Made by a program: the position numbers and the translations under genes
The notes under the pieces: model-generated
The model's database searches: none
The model's input: the letters and a program-made list of their open reading frames with translations, nothing else
Told to the model about the DNA's origin: nothing
Part shown: positions 36,903 to 47,400 of the stretch, in pieces
How the letters are laid out: every line of letters begins with the position of its first letter
Position numbering within the stretch: the stretch's first letter is position 1
NCBI GenBank assembly: GCA_044229845.1
Contig: JBGASG010000005.1
Span: 32,001-96,000 of the forward strand
DNA from: Candidatus Obscuribacteraceae bacterium
GTDB lineage: Bacteria > Cyanobacteriota > Vampirovibrionia > Obscuribacterales > Obscuribacteraceae
DNA length: 64,000 bases
Reading direction: 5' to 3'

Positions 36903-38186
36903 CTAGTGACTGCCGCGGGCACGCACTGGTGCCGTCGCAGGCTTGATACGCGTTGCCACGACCGGCACAGCGTACTTCTTAATCCACTTCTTGTACGCAT
37001 TCAGTTCATCTTGGGTGTAGTAAAAAGATTCCGGTGGCTTGATCAGCTTGTTGAACAGGGCGATCATTTGTTTGGCGTTCTTTTGGTTGCCGGTGGAATC
37101 GCAATAGGTCACCCACGCCTTGCGCATGGAGTCGACAGCATCGGTGGCTGTGGTCTTTGTATTTGGTTTGTGATTCAACAAGTACAGGCGATATAGCGCC
37201 AGCTGTTTGTCATATCGCCCCTGGTGCGCGTATACGTTGCCCATGTCGGCGATTATGGTGGCGTTGCTCGGATGTTTCGTTGCTAACTTCTGATAGATGC
37301 TGAGTAAGCGCGTATTGGTGCAGGAAGGCATGTATTTGATCCGGACGTCCATCCGGTCTCTGTGCCATTCGTTGTAATCCTGCCTGGGGTCGCAATTCCA
37401 AACCAGGGTGGTGTTATTCACCACATGTGGTGCTGGTTTTGTCTCAATAATGTTGTCAACCGTTAATCCACTCTGGAGAATCAGCGTCAGCTTTCTGGGA
37501 TGCGCATTCGAACGCCATAACTCTTCTCTGTAGAAAGAATAGTTAATTTCGTCGAGCGGCATCTCCACGGATTTCTTCTCTGCCTCGTCCTGCCATTCCT
37601 TTTGGGATTCGTATCCTGGTGGTATCGCAACCCAAGACTGAGCATAGTGGGTTGCGCGATGACCAACTTTAGTTGTGACTTCCAGCGTCAGCGTTTGACC
37701 AGGATTGAACTTGAGCGGCCATCCTTCCCACCGCGCGGTTTTGTAGCGGTCATACTCATTCATTTCCAGAGGTCTGTTGGGATCGAATGAATCCACCTTC
37801 TTGACCATACCGTTCATCTTCACGATGAAGTAATGGTCTTCTGGGTAGGATGTGTATTTGCCCTGGTCAGGAACCGACACCTGCGTCAACGCAGTCTTGC
37901 CGTAGTTGTGCAGAACATACTTGGTTTTAATAACGCAGTCGCTTGTTTTGTTGACGAATACCCGCACGTCCTCACTGAGAATATCAACCTGAGTCGGACC
38001 AATGTCCTTCCGATACAGGGACTGATTTTGAATGACCGTGGGCGGTGCAATATCTGCGTGTGCCGGCAGTGCGAACAGCAGCACTGCAGGTAATGCGGAC
38101 AGCAAAGCCGTCGCTATTGCGGAGTGCAATGCAACAGATAATAAAGACGCTAACGCAATCGAGGATGCGGCGAGCCAATTCTTCAT
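36903..38186 (-). CDS. Secreted protein (DUF4424-like N-terminal domain, TPR-like C-terminal helices)
   Basis: Signal peptide ending AHA-D; VDILSEDVRV...TKYVLHN pattern; family call tentative. Confidence 0.7.
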   Translation of the reverse strand: MKNWLAASSIALASLLSVALHSAIATALLSALPAVLLFALPAHADIAPPTVIQNQSLYRKDIGPTQVDILSEDVRVFVNKTSDCVIKTKYVLHNYGKTALTQVSVPDQGKYTSYPEDHYFIVKMNGMVKKVDSFDPNRPLEMNEYDRYKTARWEGWPLKFNPGQTLTLEVTTKVGHRATHYAQSWVAIPPGYESQKEWQDEAEKKSVEMPLDEINYSFYREELWRSNAHPRKLTLILQSGLTVDNIIETKPAPHVVNNTTLVWNCDPRQDYNEWHRDRMDVRIKYMPSCTNTRLLSIYQKLATKHPSNATIIADMGNVYAHQGRYDKQLALYRLYLLNHKPNTKTTATDAVDSMRKAWVTYCDSTGNQKNAKQMIALFNKLIKPPESFYYTQDELNAYKKWIKKYAVPVVATRIKPATAPVRARGSH

Positions 38187-38292
38187 GTATTTAAGGTATC
38201 ACCGTCCATCTCACGTGGCAGTTGGGTTTACCCTGACCTCTCGCTAGGCTTCGGCCGGACACGTCCAGGTCGGACGTGAAGGTCGGTATTTC

Positions 38293-38412
38293 GGGAGTGA
38301 GCAAATTTGCTACTTCTGAGAGGTTCAAATGAGCAATCCTGCTCGCGGACGCTCGATTTAATGTTTTTTCGAACTTGCGAGACCCCCTAAATGAGCAATT
38401 TTGCTCACGCCC
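38293..38412. repeat. Three TGAGCAAnnTTGCTCA-like palindromes inside a 19-bp inverted repeat
   Basis: Copies at 38298, 38330 and 38392; outer arms match 17/19. Confidence 0.7.
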
Positions 38413-38488
38413 AAATTTGGTGCGGTGTGGAGCCTGCTTGCGGGAGGCCGAGCGGAGTGTGGGATGGTCGTTCGAGACACGGATAGAA

Positions 38489-38522
38489 GAAGGGCGACCC
38501 GCCAACAGACGGATCGCCCTTC
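38489..38522 (-). terminator. Hairpin, probable terminator of the sigma factor gene
   Basis: GAAGGGCGA(C/T)CCG inverted repeat with an 8-nt loop ~60 bp after the stop; short U-tract. Confidence 0.55.
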
Positions 38523-38583
38523 CTTTATGTGCGCTGCGCTTGCGCGCATGCGCGTGGTGTATGTACATGAACTGCTGAATGCC

Positions 38584-39600
38584 TTATGCCAGGTATTCTT
38601 TCAGACCGAGAAGCGACTGGTTGTTACGCAGTTTCTTCATAGCCTTGAATTCGATCTGGCGGACTCTTTCACGCGAGTAACCCAGGATTTTCCCGGATTC
38701 TTCTAGAGTCAGCGGCCGTCCGTTCGCAAGCCCGAATCGCAGCTTGATCACTTCGCGTTCTTGCGGCGCGAGCGTTTGCAGGAGTCGGTTGATATCGCGA
38801 GTCAGAAGTTCGCTTGTGGCGTTTTCTTCCGGCTTGGCTGCGCTTTCATCCTCGAGCATTTCCCCGAGAGTGGCTTCGAAACCTTCGCGATAGACGTTGT
38901 CCAGCGACAGGAGGTTCTTGGAAGCTCCCATGATTTGCAGGAGCTTGTCCTTCTCCAGATTCGACGCTTCGGCGATTTCTTCAACCGTCGGAGCGCGTCC
39001 GAGTTTTTCTCGCAGTTGTCGCACGACTTTGTACATCTTGCTCAGTCGTTCGTTCATATGAACCGGCACGCGAATTGCGCGCGACTTGTCGGCAAGCGCT
39101 CGAGTGATTGCTTGTCGAATCCACCAGGTGGCATAGGTCGAGAACTTGAATCCCTTCTCCGGGTCGAACTTTTCAGTCGCCCGCATCAGTCCCATGCTTC
39201 CTTCTTGAATCAAATCGAGGAACGTGAGCCCACGATTTGTGTATCGGCGCGCGATCGACACAACCAATCGCAAGTTCGATTGGATGAGGCGTTGCCGCGC
39301 ACGCTCGTCACCAGTACGAGCGGCCCGAGCCAGTTCAATTTCTTCTTTTCCGGTGAGCAAGCGGTGACGTCCGATTTCTCTCAAATAAGTCTTGGTCGAA
39401 TCTTCCGACAGAGGATTCTTTTCCGCAGCTTCGAGTTCGGTTTCGTCAAACTCTTGCTCGTCCGAATCTGCCGCCGGGCCCTCGTGCGTGTCCCAGGCGT
39501 CAGCAAGTTCGTCAGGAAAAACGATCAACTCGTTGGAGTTTTCGTTATCCCATTCGTTCTTATTTTTAGTGGCAGTGTTGCCTTGCTTTCGTCTAGCCAT
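38584..39600 (-). CDS. RNA polymerase sigma-70 factor, RpoD/SigA family (likely group 2)
   Basis: [49 protein letters not shown]; short N-terminus. Confidence 0.95.
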   Translation of the reverse strand: MARRKQGNTATKNKNEWDNENSNELIVFPDELADAWDTHEGPAADSDEQEFDETELEAAEKNPLSEDSTKTYLREIGRHRLLTGKEEIELARAARTGDERARQRLIQSNLRLVVSIARRYTNRGLTFLDLIQEGSMGLMRATEKFDPEKGFKFSTYATWWIRQAITRALADKSRAIRVPVHMNERLSKMYKVVRQLREKLGRAPTVEEIAEASNLEKDKLLQIMGASKNLLSLDNVYREGFEATLGEMLEDESAAKPEENATSELLTRDINRLLQTLAPQEREVIKLRFGLANGRPLTLEESGKILGYSRERVRQIEFKAMKKLRNNQSLLGLKEYLA

Positions 39601-39901
39601 GGTGACACCTATCTATGGTTACCTTTTTGTTCGTTTCTAATTTAGTTGTGTCTGACAGATTTCCAGGTCACTGTTAGTGGTCCAGATAACTGTCCCATTC
39701 GAGTGTTGTGCGCATTTCTTTGTCTGAGCAACAAGACGTAATTCACGCCTGGCTGTTTCTCAAAAAAGCAGATACGTTCCAAACGCCGTGCTGACGCCAA
39801 AAATCGGCGACAACACCCGAATGGACAGATGATTTCCCTTCGTCGTCTAGTTGGATCGACGGAGCTGGGACGCTCTAGTTCCCGGGGAACGCCGTCTTAA
39901 T

Positions 39902-41101
39902 CTAGTCTTTCGAATTGCCACCGGGCGCGGTGGCGGCTGTCTGCTGCTGTTCTATCGGTTGAGTCTTTTGAGATGAAATTTGCTGCCCGTTCGACTCGGC
40001 AGCAGAGGCATCATCATTTCCCAACCAGCCCCTCGATTTAAAGTATAGCAGAGCTGTCAAGGCCGACGCCACCATCAGGAAAAGCGCCATGGGATATCCA
40101 TACGTCCAGTTGAGCTCAGGCATGTTGAATGCTGAGACTGCGGGATTAAAATTCATCCCGTAGATCCCGGCAACTAATGTTGGTGCCATGATGGCAGCAG
40201 TGATGATCGTCAGCGTTTTCATCACTTCGTTCATGCGATTACTGACGTTGCTCAGGTGCAAATCCATCAAATCTTGTGAATATTCTCGTGACGTTTCTAC
40301 AAGATCCATTATTCGCAAAACATGGTCGTAGCAGTCGCGCAAATGGAATTGCGTTTCTTCCGTGATCATCGGCATTTTGTCGCGATACAGGCCGGCGACG
40401 GCATCTCGCAGGGGCCACACCGCTCGCCTGATTGAGATAATGTCGCGTTTTATCGCGTGTATCTGCTTCGCGTTGTTCTTCGAACTCTTCTCGAAAATTT
40501 TGTCTTCCAGCTCGTCCAATTTCTCCCCATATTTCTCCAACACGGGAAAATATGAATCGCAAACCGTATCAATAATCGCGTAGAGCAGATAATCCGGACC
40601 CATGGTGCGAATCATCCCCCACGACTTGCGCAGCCGGTCACGCAGCGGATCCAGCACGTCGCCGCCGGGCATTTCCTGAAAAGTAATGATGTAATTTTTG
40701 CCGAGAAACATACTCAGCTGTTCCGTGTCCGGCGCCATGCCGGGAATGGGCATGCGCATGACGGCGAAGATTTGTTCGGGATAAATATCCACTTTGGCGC
40801 GCTGCACCGGATGCAAGACATCTTCCAACGCCAGGTGGTGGAGATTAAATACGTCGCCAATCTCATCTATTGCCTTGGCGTCGCCGAGTCCGTCCACATT
40901 CAGCCAGAGCACGGGCTGTTTGCCGACCAACCCGACAATCTGTTTTGCATCGCTGATCGGCATCTCTTGGAAAACATCCGGACTATATGCGATCAGGGAC
41001 ATCTCCGGCTTGGGCGCACAAGGATCGGCGGTGAGAATCTCAGGTGGTGTTGCTGGTAACCCGGCAAAAGCGCGACGGCGGCGGCGTTTCTTTTTTGCCA
41101 T
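39902..41101 (-). CDS. corA: Magnesium/cobalt transporter CorA
   Basis: WLNVDGL, LHHLALEDV, QRAKVD, MNEVMKTLT, YGMNF, MPEL motifs. Confidence 0.96.
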   Translation of the reverse strand: MAKKKRRRRRAFAGLPATPPEILTADPCAPKPEMSLIAYSPDVFQEMPISDAKQIVGLVGKQPVLWLNVDGLGDAKAIDEIGDVFNLHHLALEDVLHPVQRAKVDIYPEQIFAVMRMPIPGMAPDTEQLSMFLGKNYIITFQEMPGGDVLDPLRDRLRKSWGMIRTMGPDYLLYAIIDTVCDSYFPVLEKYGEKLDELEDKIFEKSSKNNAKQIHAIKRDIISIRRAVWPLRDAVAGLYRDKMPMITEETQFHLRDCYDHVLRIMDLVETSREYSQDLMDLHLSNVSNRMNEVMKTLTIITAAIMAPTLVAGIYGMNFNPAVSAFNMPELNWTYGYPMALFLMVASALTALLYFKSRGWLGNDDASAAESNGQQISSQKTQPIEQQQTAATAPGGNSKD

Positions 41102-41235
41102 GCAATTGGCAACCTCTTGCGTGCAGTAGGTAAATCCTGCTCAATATGGGCGCCTAGCTTAACCCAGCGGCGAGTTGGATGTATGGAAGTAAGGTAATCT
41201 GTCATCAGGTGTTCAACACTGACTGGAGATTTGGA

Positions 41236-41658
41236 ATGAAGAACAAAGCATTACTTACAGCTCTTGCTGTTGCGGTTGGCTGCTCGCTGGTGGGCGCTGC
41301 CGCCAATGCTGAGAATCCTGTGAAGAAGGGTGCCGATGCCGTCGGATCCGGCGTCAAGAAGGGCGCCGACGCGGTGGGCTCAGGCGTTAAGAAAGGCGCC
41401 GACGTCACTGTGGGCGGAGCCAAAAAGGTCGGCGACGTGACCGTTTCCGGCGCTAAGGCGGTCGGACGTGGTGCGAAGAAAGTCGGAACCGCTACCGTGG
41501 ACGGCGTCAAGAAAGTCGGAACCGTAACGGTCGATGGAGCCAAGAAAGTCGGCGGAGCCATGGAAAACGGCGCCAAAGCCGTGGGACGCGGCGCCAAAGC
41601 CACCGGCTCAGGCGTGGCGAACGGCGTTAAAAAGGTCGTTCCCGGCGACAGCAAGTAG
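41236..41658 (+). CDS. Secreted Gly/Ala/Val/Lys-rich protein with 11-aa repeats (LEA-like)
   Basis: GGAG SD, signal peptide ending AANA, repeats G(V/A)KK(G/V)... Confidence 0.8.
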   Translation: MKNKALLTALAVAVGCSLVGAAANAENPVKKGADAVGSGVKKGADAVGSGVKKGADVTVGGAKKVGDVTVSGAKAVGRGAKKVGTATVDGVKKVGTVTVDGAKKVGGAMENGAKAVGRGAKATGSGVANGVKKVVPGDSK

Positions 41659-41727
41659 CGCTTCGGCATCGAAAAGAAGTAGGCAAGCAGTCGGATACGC
41701 AAGTATCTAGATAGATGCTTAGCCAGT

Positions 41728-41753
41728 AAAGAGCGGCGGAAAAGCCGCTCTTT
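41728..41753 (+). terminator. Intrinsic terminator-like hairpin
   Basis: AAAGAGCGGC-GGAAAA-GCCGCTCTTT perfect 10-bp stem. Confidence 0.65.
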
Positions 41754-41783
41754 CGCTATTATGGGCGGCTGCAGGGGGTGACT

Positions 41784-42770
41784 ATGAAAGCGGTAGTAAT
41801 TCGAGAGGCGGGCGGACCGGAAGTTCTGGCGGTCAAAGATGTGCCCGAGCCGGCGGCGCCGTGCAAGGGCGAGGTGCGCGTCCGCGTCAAAGCTACCGCC
41901 GTCAACCGCGCCGACCTGTTGCAGCGTGCGGGACTCTATCCGCCGCCTCCGGATGTATCGCAGGATGTGCCCGGTCTGGAATTCGCCGGCGTCGTCGAAG
42001 AACTCGGCGAAGGCGTCACCGAAGTCGCCCCCGGCGACCGCGTCTGCGGTCTCGCCGGCGGTGGCACCTACGCGCAGGCGCTCTGCGTTCCCGCCCGCAC
42101 GCTGGCGCGCATTCCCGACAATGTTTCGTTCACCGATGCGGCGGCAATTCCGGAAGCTTTCCTGACCGCCTACGACGCCATGATTTTGCAGGGACGCCTG
42201 GCGGCTGGGCAGTGGCTGCTCGTCAGTGCGGTCGGCAGCGGTGTCGGCACAGCCGCCGTACAGATCGCGCGGGCTATCGGCGCTCGTTCCATCGGCACCG
42301 CGCGCCAGCAAGACAAACTCGATCGCGCCGGCGAACTGGGCATGGATCGCGGACTTCTGGTTACGGACGGCAAGTTTGCAGAGCCTGTGAAGAAACTGAC
42401 GGGCGGCTTCGGCGTCGATGTTTGCCTGGAGTTAGTTGGTGGCGCCTATGTCGCTGAAGACATCGCCTGCACCCGTGTCAGCGGACATATCCTGGTTGTC
42501 GGTCTGGTTGCCGGGGCCAAGTGCGAAGTCAACCTGGGCATGGTGCTGCGCAATCGCCTCACTATCAAAGGAACGACGATGCGCATGCGGCCCCTGGAAG
42601 AGAAAATTCTCGCCGGTCAGTGTCTGGCAAGAAACATCATGCCGCTTGTGGAACAGGGACGGCTGCTTCCCGTGATCGACCAGGTGATGCCGCTTTCCGC
42701 CGCCGGTGACGCGCACAAGTGCTTGGAGAAAAACGAGAACTTCGGCAAGATAGTTCTGGAAGTAGATTGA
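41784..42770 (+). CDS. NAD(P)H:quinone oxidoreductase, PIG3 family (MDR)
   Basis: GGPEVL, VNRADLLQRAGLYPPP, PGLEFAG, AIPEAFLTA, GSGVGTAA, GKIVL. Confidence 0.93.
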   Translation: MKAVVIREAGGPEVLAVKDVPEPAAPCKGEVRVRVKATAVNRADLLQRAGLYPPPPDVSQDVPGLEFAGVVEELGEGVTEVAPGDRVCGLAGGGTYAQALCVPARTLARIPDNVSFTDAAAIPEAFLTAYDAMILQGRLAAGQWLLVSAVGSGVGTAAVQIARAIGARSIGTARQQDKLDRAGELGMDRGLLVTDGKFAEPVKKLTGGFGVDVCLELVGGAYVAEDIACTRVSGHILVVGLVAGAKCEVNLGMVLRNRLTIKGTTMRMRPLEEKILAGQCLARNIMPLVEQGRLLPVIDQVMPLSAAGDAHKCLEKNENFGKIVLEVD

Positions 42771-42779
42771 GTTGATTGC

Positions 42780-43403
42780 ATGCCGGACAAAACCGTCAAC
42801 ATATTGATAGTCGAAGATCACCAGGTCACTCTCGAAGGGCTGACGGCGGGATTGGCTCGGGAACCCAATTTCAGCGTCGTCGCTACCTCCGCCAACAGCG
42901 ACGAAGCGCTGACTCTGGTCGAGCAGACGAAACCACAGGTGGTGCTGCTCGATTTGCACGTTCCTGGAACGCGCGGACCGAAATCGATGATCGAAGAATT
43001 CTGCCGCATTCCCGGTTTGAAGATCGTCATTTTCAGCGCGGAGAACCGGCTGGCGTTTGTTCAGGCGGTGCTGGCTATGGGTGTTTCCGCGTATCTCTTG
43101 AAGTCGGAGCGGATCGCCAAAGTGGCGGACACAATCAGTGCGGTTGTATCGGGCAAGACCGGAATCGTCTCGGATGAATTGATGCATGGCTTCCGAAAAT
43201 TGACTCCCAGCGAAGCCGAAGTGCTGTCCATGCTGGGGCAAGGCATGAAGTACCAGGACATTGCCGATCAGCGTTACACGACTGTGGCGACCGTGCGCAA
43301 GCAGTGCGAAACCCTGCAACTCAAATTGGGGTTGGAGAGCCGCGAACAACTGATTGCCTGGGCTGTGAAAAATGGCTACGGCAGCGTCGAGAGCGGCGGT
43401 TAA
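42780..43403 (+). CDS. NarL/LuxR-family response regulator
   Basis: ILIVEDH, VVLLDL, YLLK receiver motifs; LTPSEAEVL...IAD HTH. Confidence 0.93.
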   Translation: MPDKTVNILIVEDHQVTLEGLTAGLAREPNFSVVATSANSDEALTLVEQTKPQVVLLDLHVPGTRGPKSMIEEFCRIPGLKIVIFSAENRLAFVQAVLAMGVSAYLLKSERIAKVADTISAVVSGKTGIVSDELMHGFRKLTPSEAEVLSMLGQGMKYQDIADQRYTTVATVRKQCETLQLKLGLESREQLIAWAVKNGYGSVESGG

Positions 43404-43406
43404 AAA

Positions 43407-44294
43407 ATGCCAGGCGCAGGCGAGGATGAAACACGGAAGGCGCCCAGCCTGGTGGTCACCGCCGACGGCTCAGTGACGCTCTTCAACGAGGATGCCGGTG
43501 AGCTTTATCACAACAGCGCCGGCGCCTACACCGAGGCTCTCAAGAATTACGTGGAGCCAGCCGGTGCAGTCGATACTCTACGGCGCACCGGGACGCTCCG
43601 CGTGCTCGATGTTTGCTTCGGGATGGGCTACAACAGTTTCGTCCTCCTGCAGCATCTGGCTGAAAAGCGCTTGTCCGGGCAGGTCTTCATACGAGGAATC
43701 GAAAACGATTCCGCCGTCCACGCGCTGGCTTTCTCTCACGTGCTGGAAGATCCGCGCCTGCAGGCGGCGCGCGCCTTGCTGCCGGCCACGCCGGTTTCGA
43801 CCGGCGCCGCACCGCAGGTTTCTTCCCGGACCGGTCTACAAGTGGTACTGGAGGTGGTGCTGGCCGACCTGCGTCACGAACTTCCGAAACTGCCGGACCG
43901 CGAAGAATATGACATCGTCTTCCACGATCCGTTCTCGCCTCGTAAAGTCCCCCAGCTGTGGACTGTGGATATCTTCCGCAAATACCACCAGCTCCTGGCT
44001 GCGCGTCGCGGTCGCTTGCTCACCTATTCAATTGCGGGCGCTGTGCGCGGGGGGCTTTTAGAGGCCGGATTTGCTGTCTGGCGCACCACCGCAGTTGGTG
44101 GCAAGTACGGGGGCTCGCTTGCGATGTTTCCCGGCGACCAACCGCCACCCGGATGTCAGCCAGGCGAAGCCGGCTTCGGCGAGCGAAAGGGCGGACGGCG
44201 CAGCCTGGTTCCGTTTCGGGACCCGGACTTCTCAGCGACGAAAGACGAACTATTATTGCGCCGCAGCTTAGAACAGGCGGACTACGAGATCTAG
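43407..44294 (+). CDS. mnmD: MnmD-like SAM-dependent methyltransferase (MnmC methyltransferase domain)
   Basis: TADGSVTLFN...YHN..GA..EA, LDVCFGMGYN, FHDPFSPRKVPQLWT, LTYS. Confidence 0.85.
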   Translation: MPGAGEDETRKAPSLVVTADGSVTLFNEDAGELYHNSAGAYTEALKNYVEPAGAVDTLRRTGTLRVLDVCFGMGYNSFVLLQHLAEKRLSGQVFIRGIENDSAVHALAFSHVLEDPRLQAARALLPATPVSTGAAPQVSSRTGLQVVLEVVLADLRHELPKLPDREEYDIVFHDPFSPRKVPQLWTVDIFRKYHQLLAARRGRLLTYSIAGAVRGGLLEAGFAVWRTTAVGGKYGGSLAMFPGDQPPPGCQPGEAGFGERKGGRRSLVPFRDPDFSATKDELLLRRSLEQADYEI

Positions 44295-44463
44295 AGCCGT
44301 TCGGTCAAGTTAAAGAACTGCCTATTTGATTATGTATACGGTTACTAGAAGATTAGAGCTTAGAAACGGCGGGTAGACACACTTAAGAGGGATTCGGGCC
44401 CTCTTTTATCGGTCATTGCGTACCCGATTTGGCGCTCGCTCGGGATATTTAAGGGTCAAAGGC

Positions 44464-47400
44464 ATGGAACAAACAGTTCCCATCATTGCTCAAATGGTCA
44501 CTGCCTTCGCCATGCTTGGCGGCATGTGGTGGATCAGCAAAGACGTCGTGGCAGCCATCCGCAAGCTATCAGAAGATCAGCGCGAGATTGCCGAGAGGCT
44601 GCGCGCCTTCTCCAGTCACGCCGAGCGCCTGATGGCGATGGAGAGCCATTTGCAGGCGATCGCTGACGCTCGCCGCAATCCGCAAATCCCGCCGCAACCG
44701 CAGACCAACATTGAAATTTCGGAACAGATATCCGACCATCTTGAGAAGCATTCGCGGATGCTGGAGCTTCAGGTAATCGCCCAGTTGATGCCACTGATTC
44801 GGGAGGAGCACAGCAAAGACGCGGCTCTGTCCGCCATTTCAGCCCTTACCAACCGCGAGATCGGTTCCCGCTTTCGGGACCTACTGAGTTCGGTTTCGTT
44901 CGATGACGTGCAGCATTTCACAGGCGAGATGTGGGCTCTCGAGCAAGACCAGGGCTTCATGGAAGAAACGCCTCCGGCGCCGCCGATGACCCCGGTGATC
45001 TCCGCGCGCCACAAGCGCGCCAATGAGTACATCCGCTCGCCAAAACAGCAGCAGGTGCCGGAAGAGCCGGTTGATTTCGTCGAACAGCTGGAGCGCCAGC
45101 GGACCGATGAAGATGAAGAGCAGCGGCTGCGTGATTTCGAAGCCATGCGGCGCAAAGGCGAGGAGGCGGCGCGCAACCGTCTGGAAGCCGAGAAGAAACG
45201 CATTGAAGAAGACCGCCTGATTGCAGAAGCCAACGAAGCCGCGCGGCTGGCGCGCATCGCTCGTCTGAAGGAAGAAGAAGAGCGGCGCATGGAGGAAGAC
45301 CTGCGTGAGGCTGAGGCGGAGCGGCTGCGGCTCGTAGAAGAAGCGCGCCAGGCTGCTGAAGAAGAAGCGCGTCTGGAGGAGGAAGCTCGGAATTCTGAGC
45401 AGGCACGGCAACAGGCAATTATCGACCGCGCCGAGGAAGAAGCCTTGCGGGCGGCAGCCGCGGAAGAGGCAGCACGCATAGAAGCTGCGGCGGCGCGTCA
45501 GGAAGAGGAAGCGCGTATCGCCGAGGAAGCGCGTATCGCGCGCGAGGAAGACGAGGCGCGCGAACTGGCGGAGCAACAGCGTTTCCGCGAAATGCAGGCG
45601 CAGCGTGAGCGTTCTGAGGAAGAGGCGCGGTTGCGTGCGGAGCAGGAAGCCGAAGAAGCGCGGCGCCTGGCTGAAGAAGAAGAGAACCGTCAGCGCGAAG
45701 AACAAGAGCGGCTCTGGCAACAAGAAGAGCAGGCAAGGATATGGGCCGAAGAAGAGCAGCGTCGCCAGGAAGAAGAGGAGATGCGGCTCTGGGCTGAGGA
45801 AGAAGAGCGGCTGCGTCTGGAAGCCGAGGAGCGTGCGCGCGCTGAAGAACAAGCGCGTCTGGCAGAGGAAGCGAGGCTTGCCGAAGAAGAGCGCCTGCGC
45901 CAGGAAGAAGAAGAGCGCAAGCGCCGCGAAGAGGAAGAATATGCGCGGCTGCTCGCTGAAGAAGCGGAGCGCAAACGCCTCGAGGAAGAAGAGTATGCGC
46001 GCCTGCTCGCCGAAGAGGAAGCGCGGATTAAGGCAGAACTGGAAGCGCAGCTGCGTGAAGAAGAAGAAGCGCGGCTTGCCGAAGAGCAGCGGCTACGTGA
46101 GGAAGAAGAAGCGCGGCTTGCCGAAGAGCAGCGGCTGCGTGAGGAAGAAGAAGCGCGGCTTGCCGAAGAGCAGCGGCTACGTGAGGAAGAAGAAGCGCGG
46201 CTTGCCGAAGAGCAGCGGCTACGTGAGGAAGAAGAAGCGCGGCTTGCCGAAGAGCAGCGGCTACGTGAGGAAGAAGAAGCGCGGCTTGCCGAAGAGCAGC
46301 GGCTGCGTGAGGAAGAAGAAGCGCGGCTTGCCGAAGAACAGCGGCTGCGTGAGGAAGAAGAAGCACGCCTTGCCGAAGAGCAGCGGCTGCGTGAGGAAGA
46401 AGAAGCACGCCTTGCCGAAGAGCAGCGGCTGCGTGAGGAAGAAGAAGCACGCCTTGCCGAAGAGGCTCGCAGAAGAGCCGAAGAGGAAGAACGCCAGCGC
46501 CGTGAACGCGAAGAAGCGTTGCGCCGCGCCCAGGAAGAGGCGGCTGCTATCCGCCAGGAGCGTGAGTTAGCGAAGAAACGTGCGGCTGCGGAAGAAGCCC
46601 GCAAGAAAGCCGAGGAAGAAGCGAAGCGTCGCGAGGAAGAGCGCGCGAAGAAACGCGCAGAGGAAGAAGCTGCCCAAATCAAACGCGAACGCGAGGAAGC
46701 GCGTCGCAAAGCTGAGGAAGAAGAAGCTCGCAAAAAGGCAGAACGTGCGGAAGCCTTGCGCAAAGCCGAGGAAGAAGCCAGGCTGCGTGAGGAAGAAGAA
46801 GCACGTCTTGCTGAAGAGCAGCGGCTTCGCGAGGAAGAAGAAGAGCGTCTGCGTCTCGAGGAAGAAGAACGCCTGCGCCTCGAAGAAGAGGCACGTCTTG
46901 CAGAAGAGCAGCGGCTTCGCGAGGAAGAAGAAGCGCGACTGCGTGCCGAGGAAGAAGAACGCCTGCGCCTCGAAGAAGAGGCACGTCTTGCAGAAGAGCA
47001 GCGGCTTCGCGAGGAAGAAGAAGCGCGACTGCGCGCCGAGGAAGAAGAACGCCTACGCCTCGAAGAAGAAGAACGCCTGCGCCTCGAAGAAGAGGCACGT
47101 CTTGCAGAAGAGCAGCGGCTTCGCGAGGAAGAAGAAGCGCGACTGCGCGCCGAGGAAGAAGAACGCCTGCGCCTCGAGGAAGAGGAGCGTCAGCGTGAGG
47201 AAGACGAAGCGCGTCGCCGCGCCGAAGAAGAAGCTCGCCGCCGCGCCGAAGAAGAAGCTCGCCGCCGCACCGAAGAAGATCGAAAGCGCGCCGAGGCCGA
47301 AGCAAAGAAACGAGCCGAAGAAGAAAAACGTCGTGCCGAGGCTGATGCTAAGAAGAAGGCTGAGGAAGATGCGCGCCGCAAGATCGAGGAAGAGGCGCGT

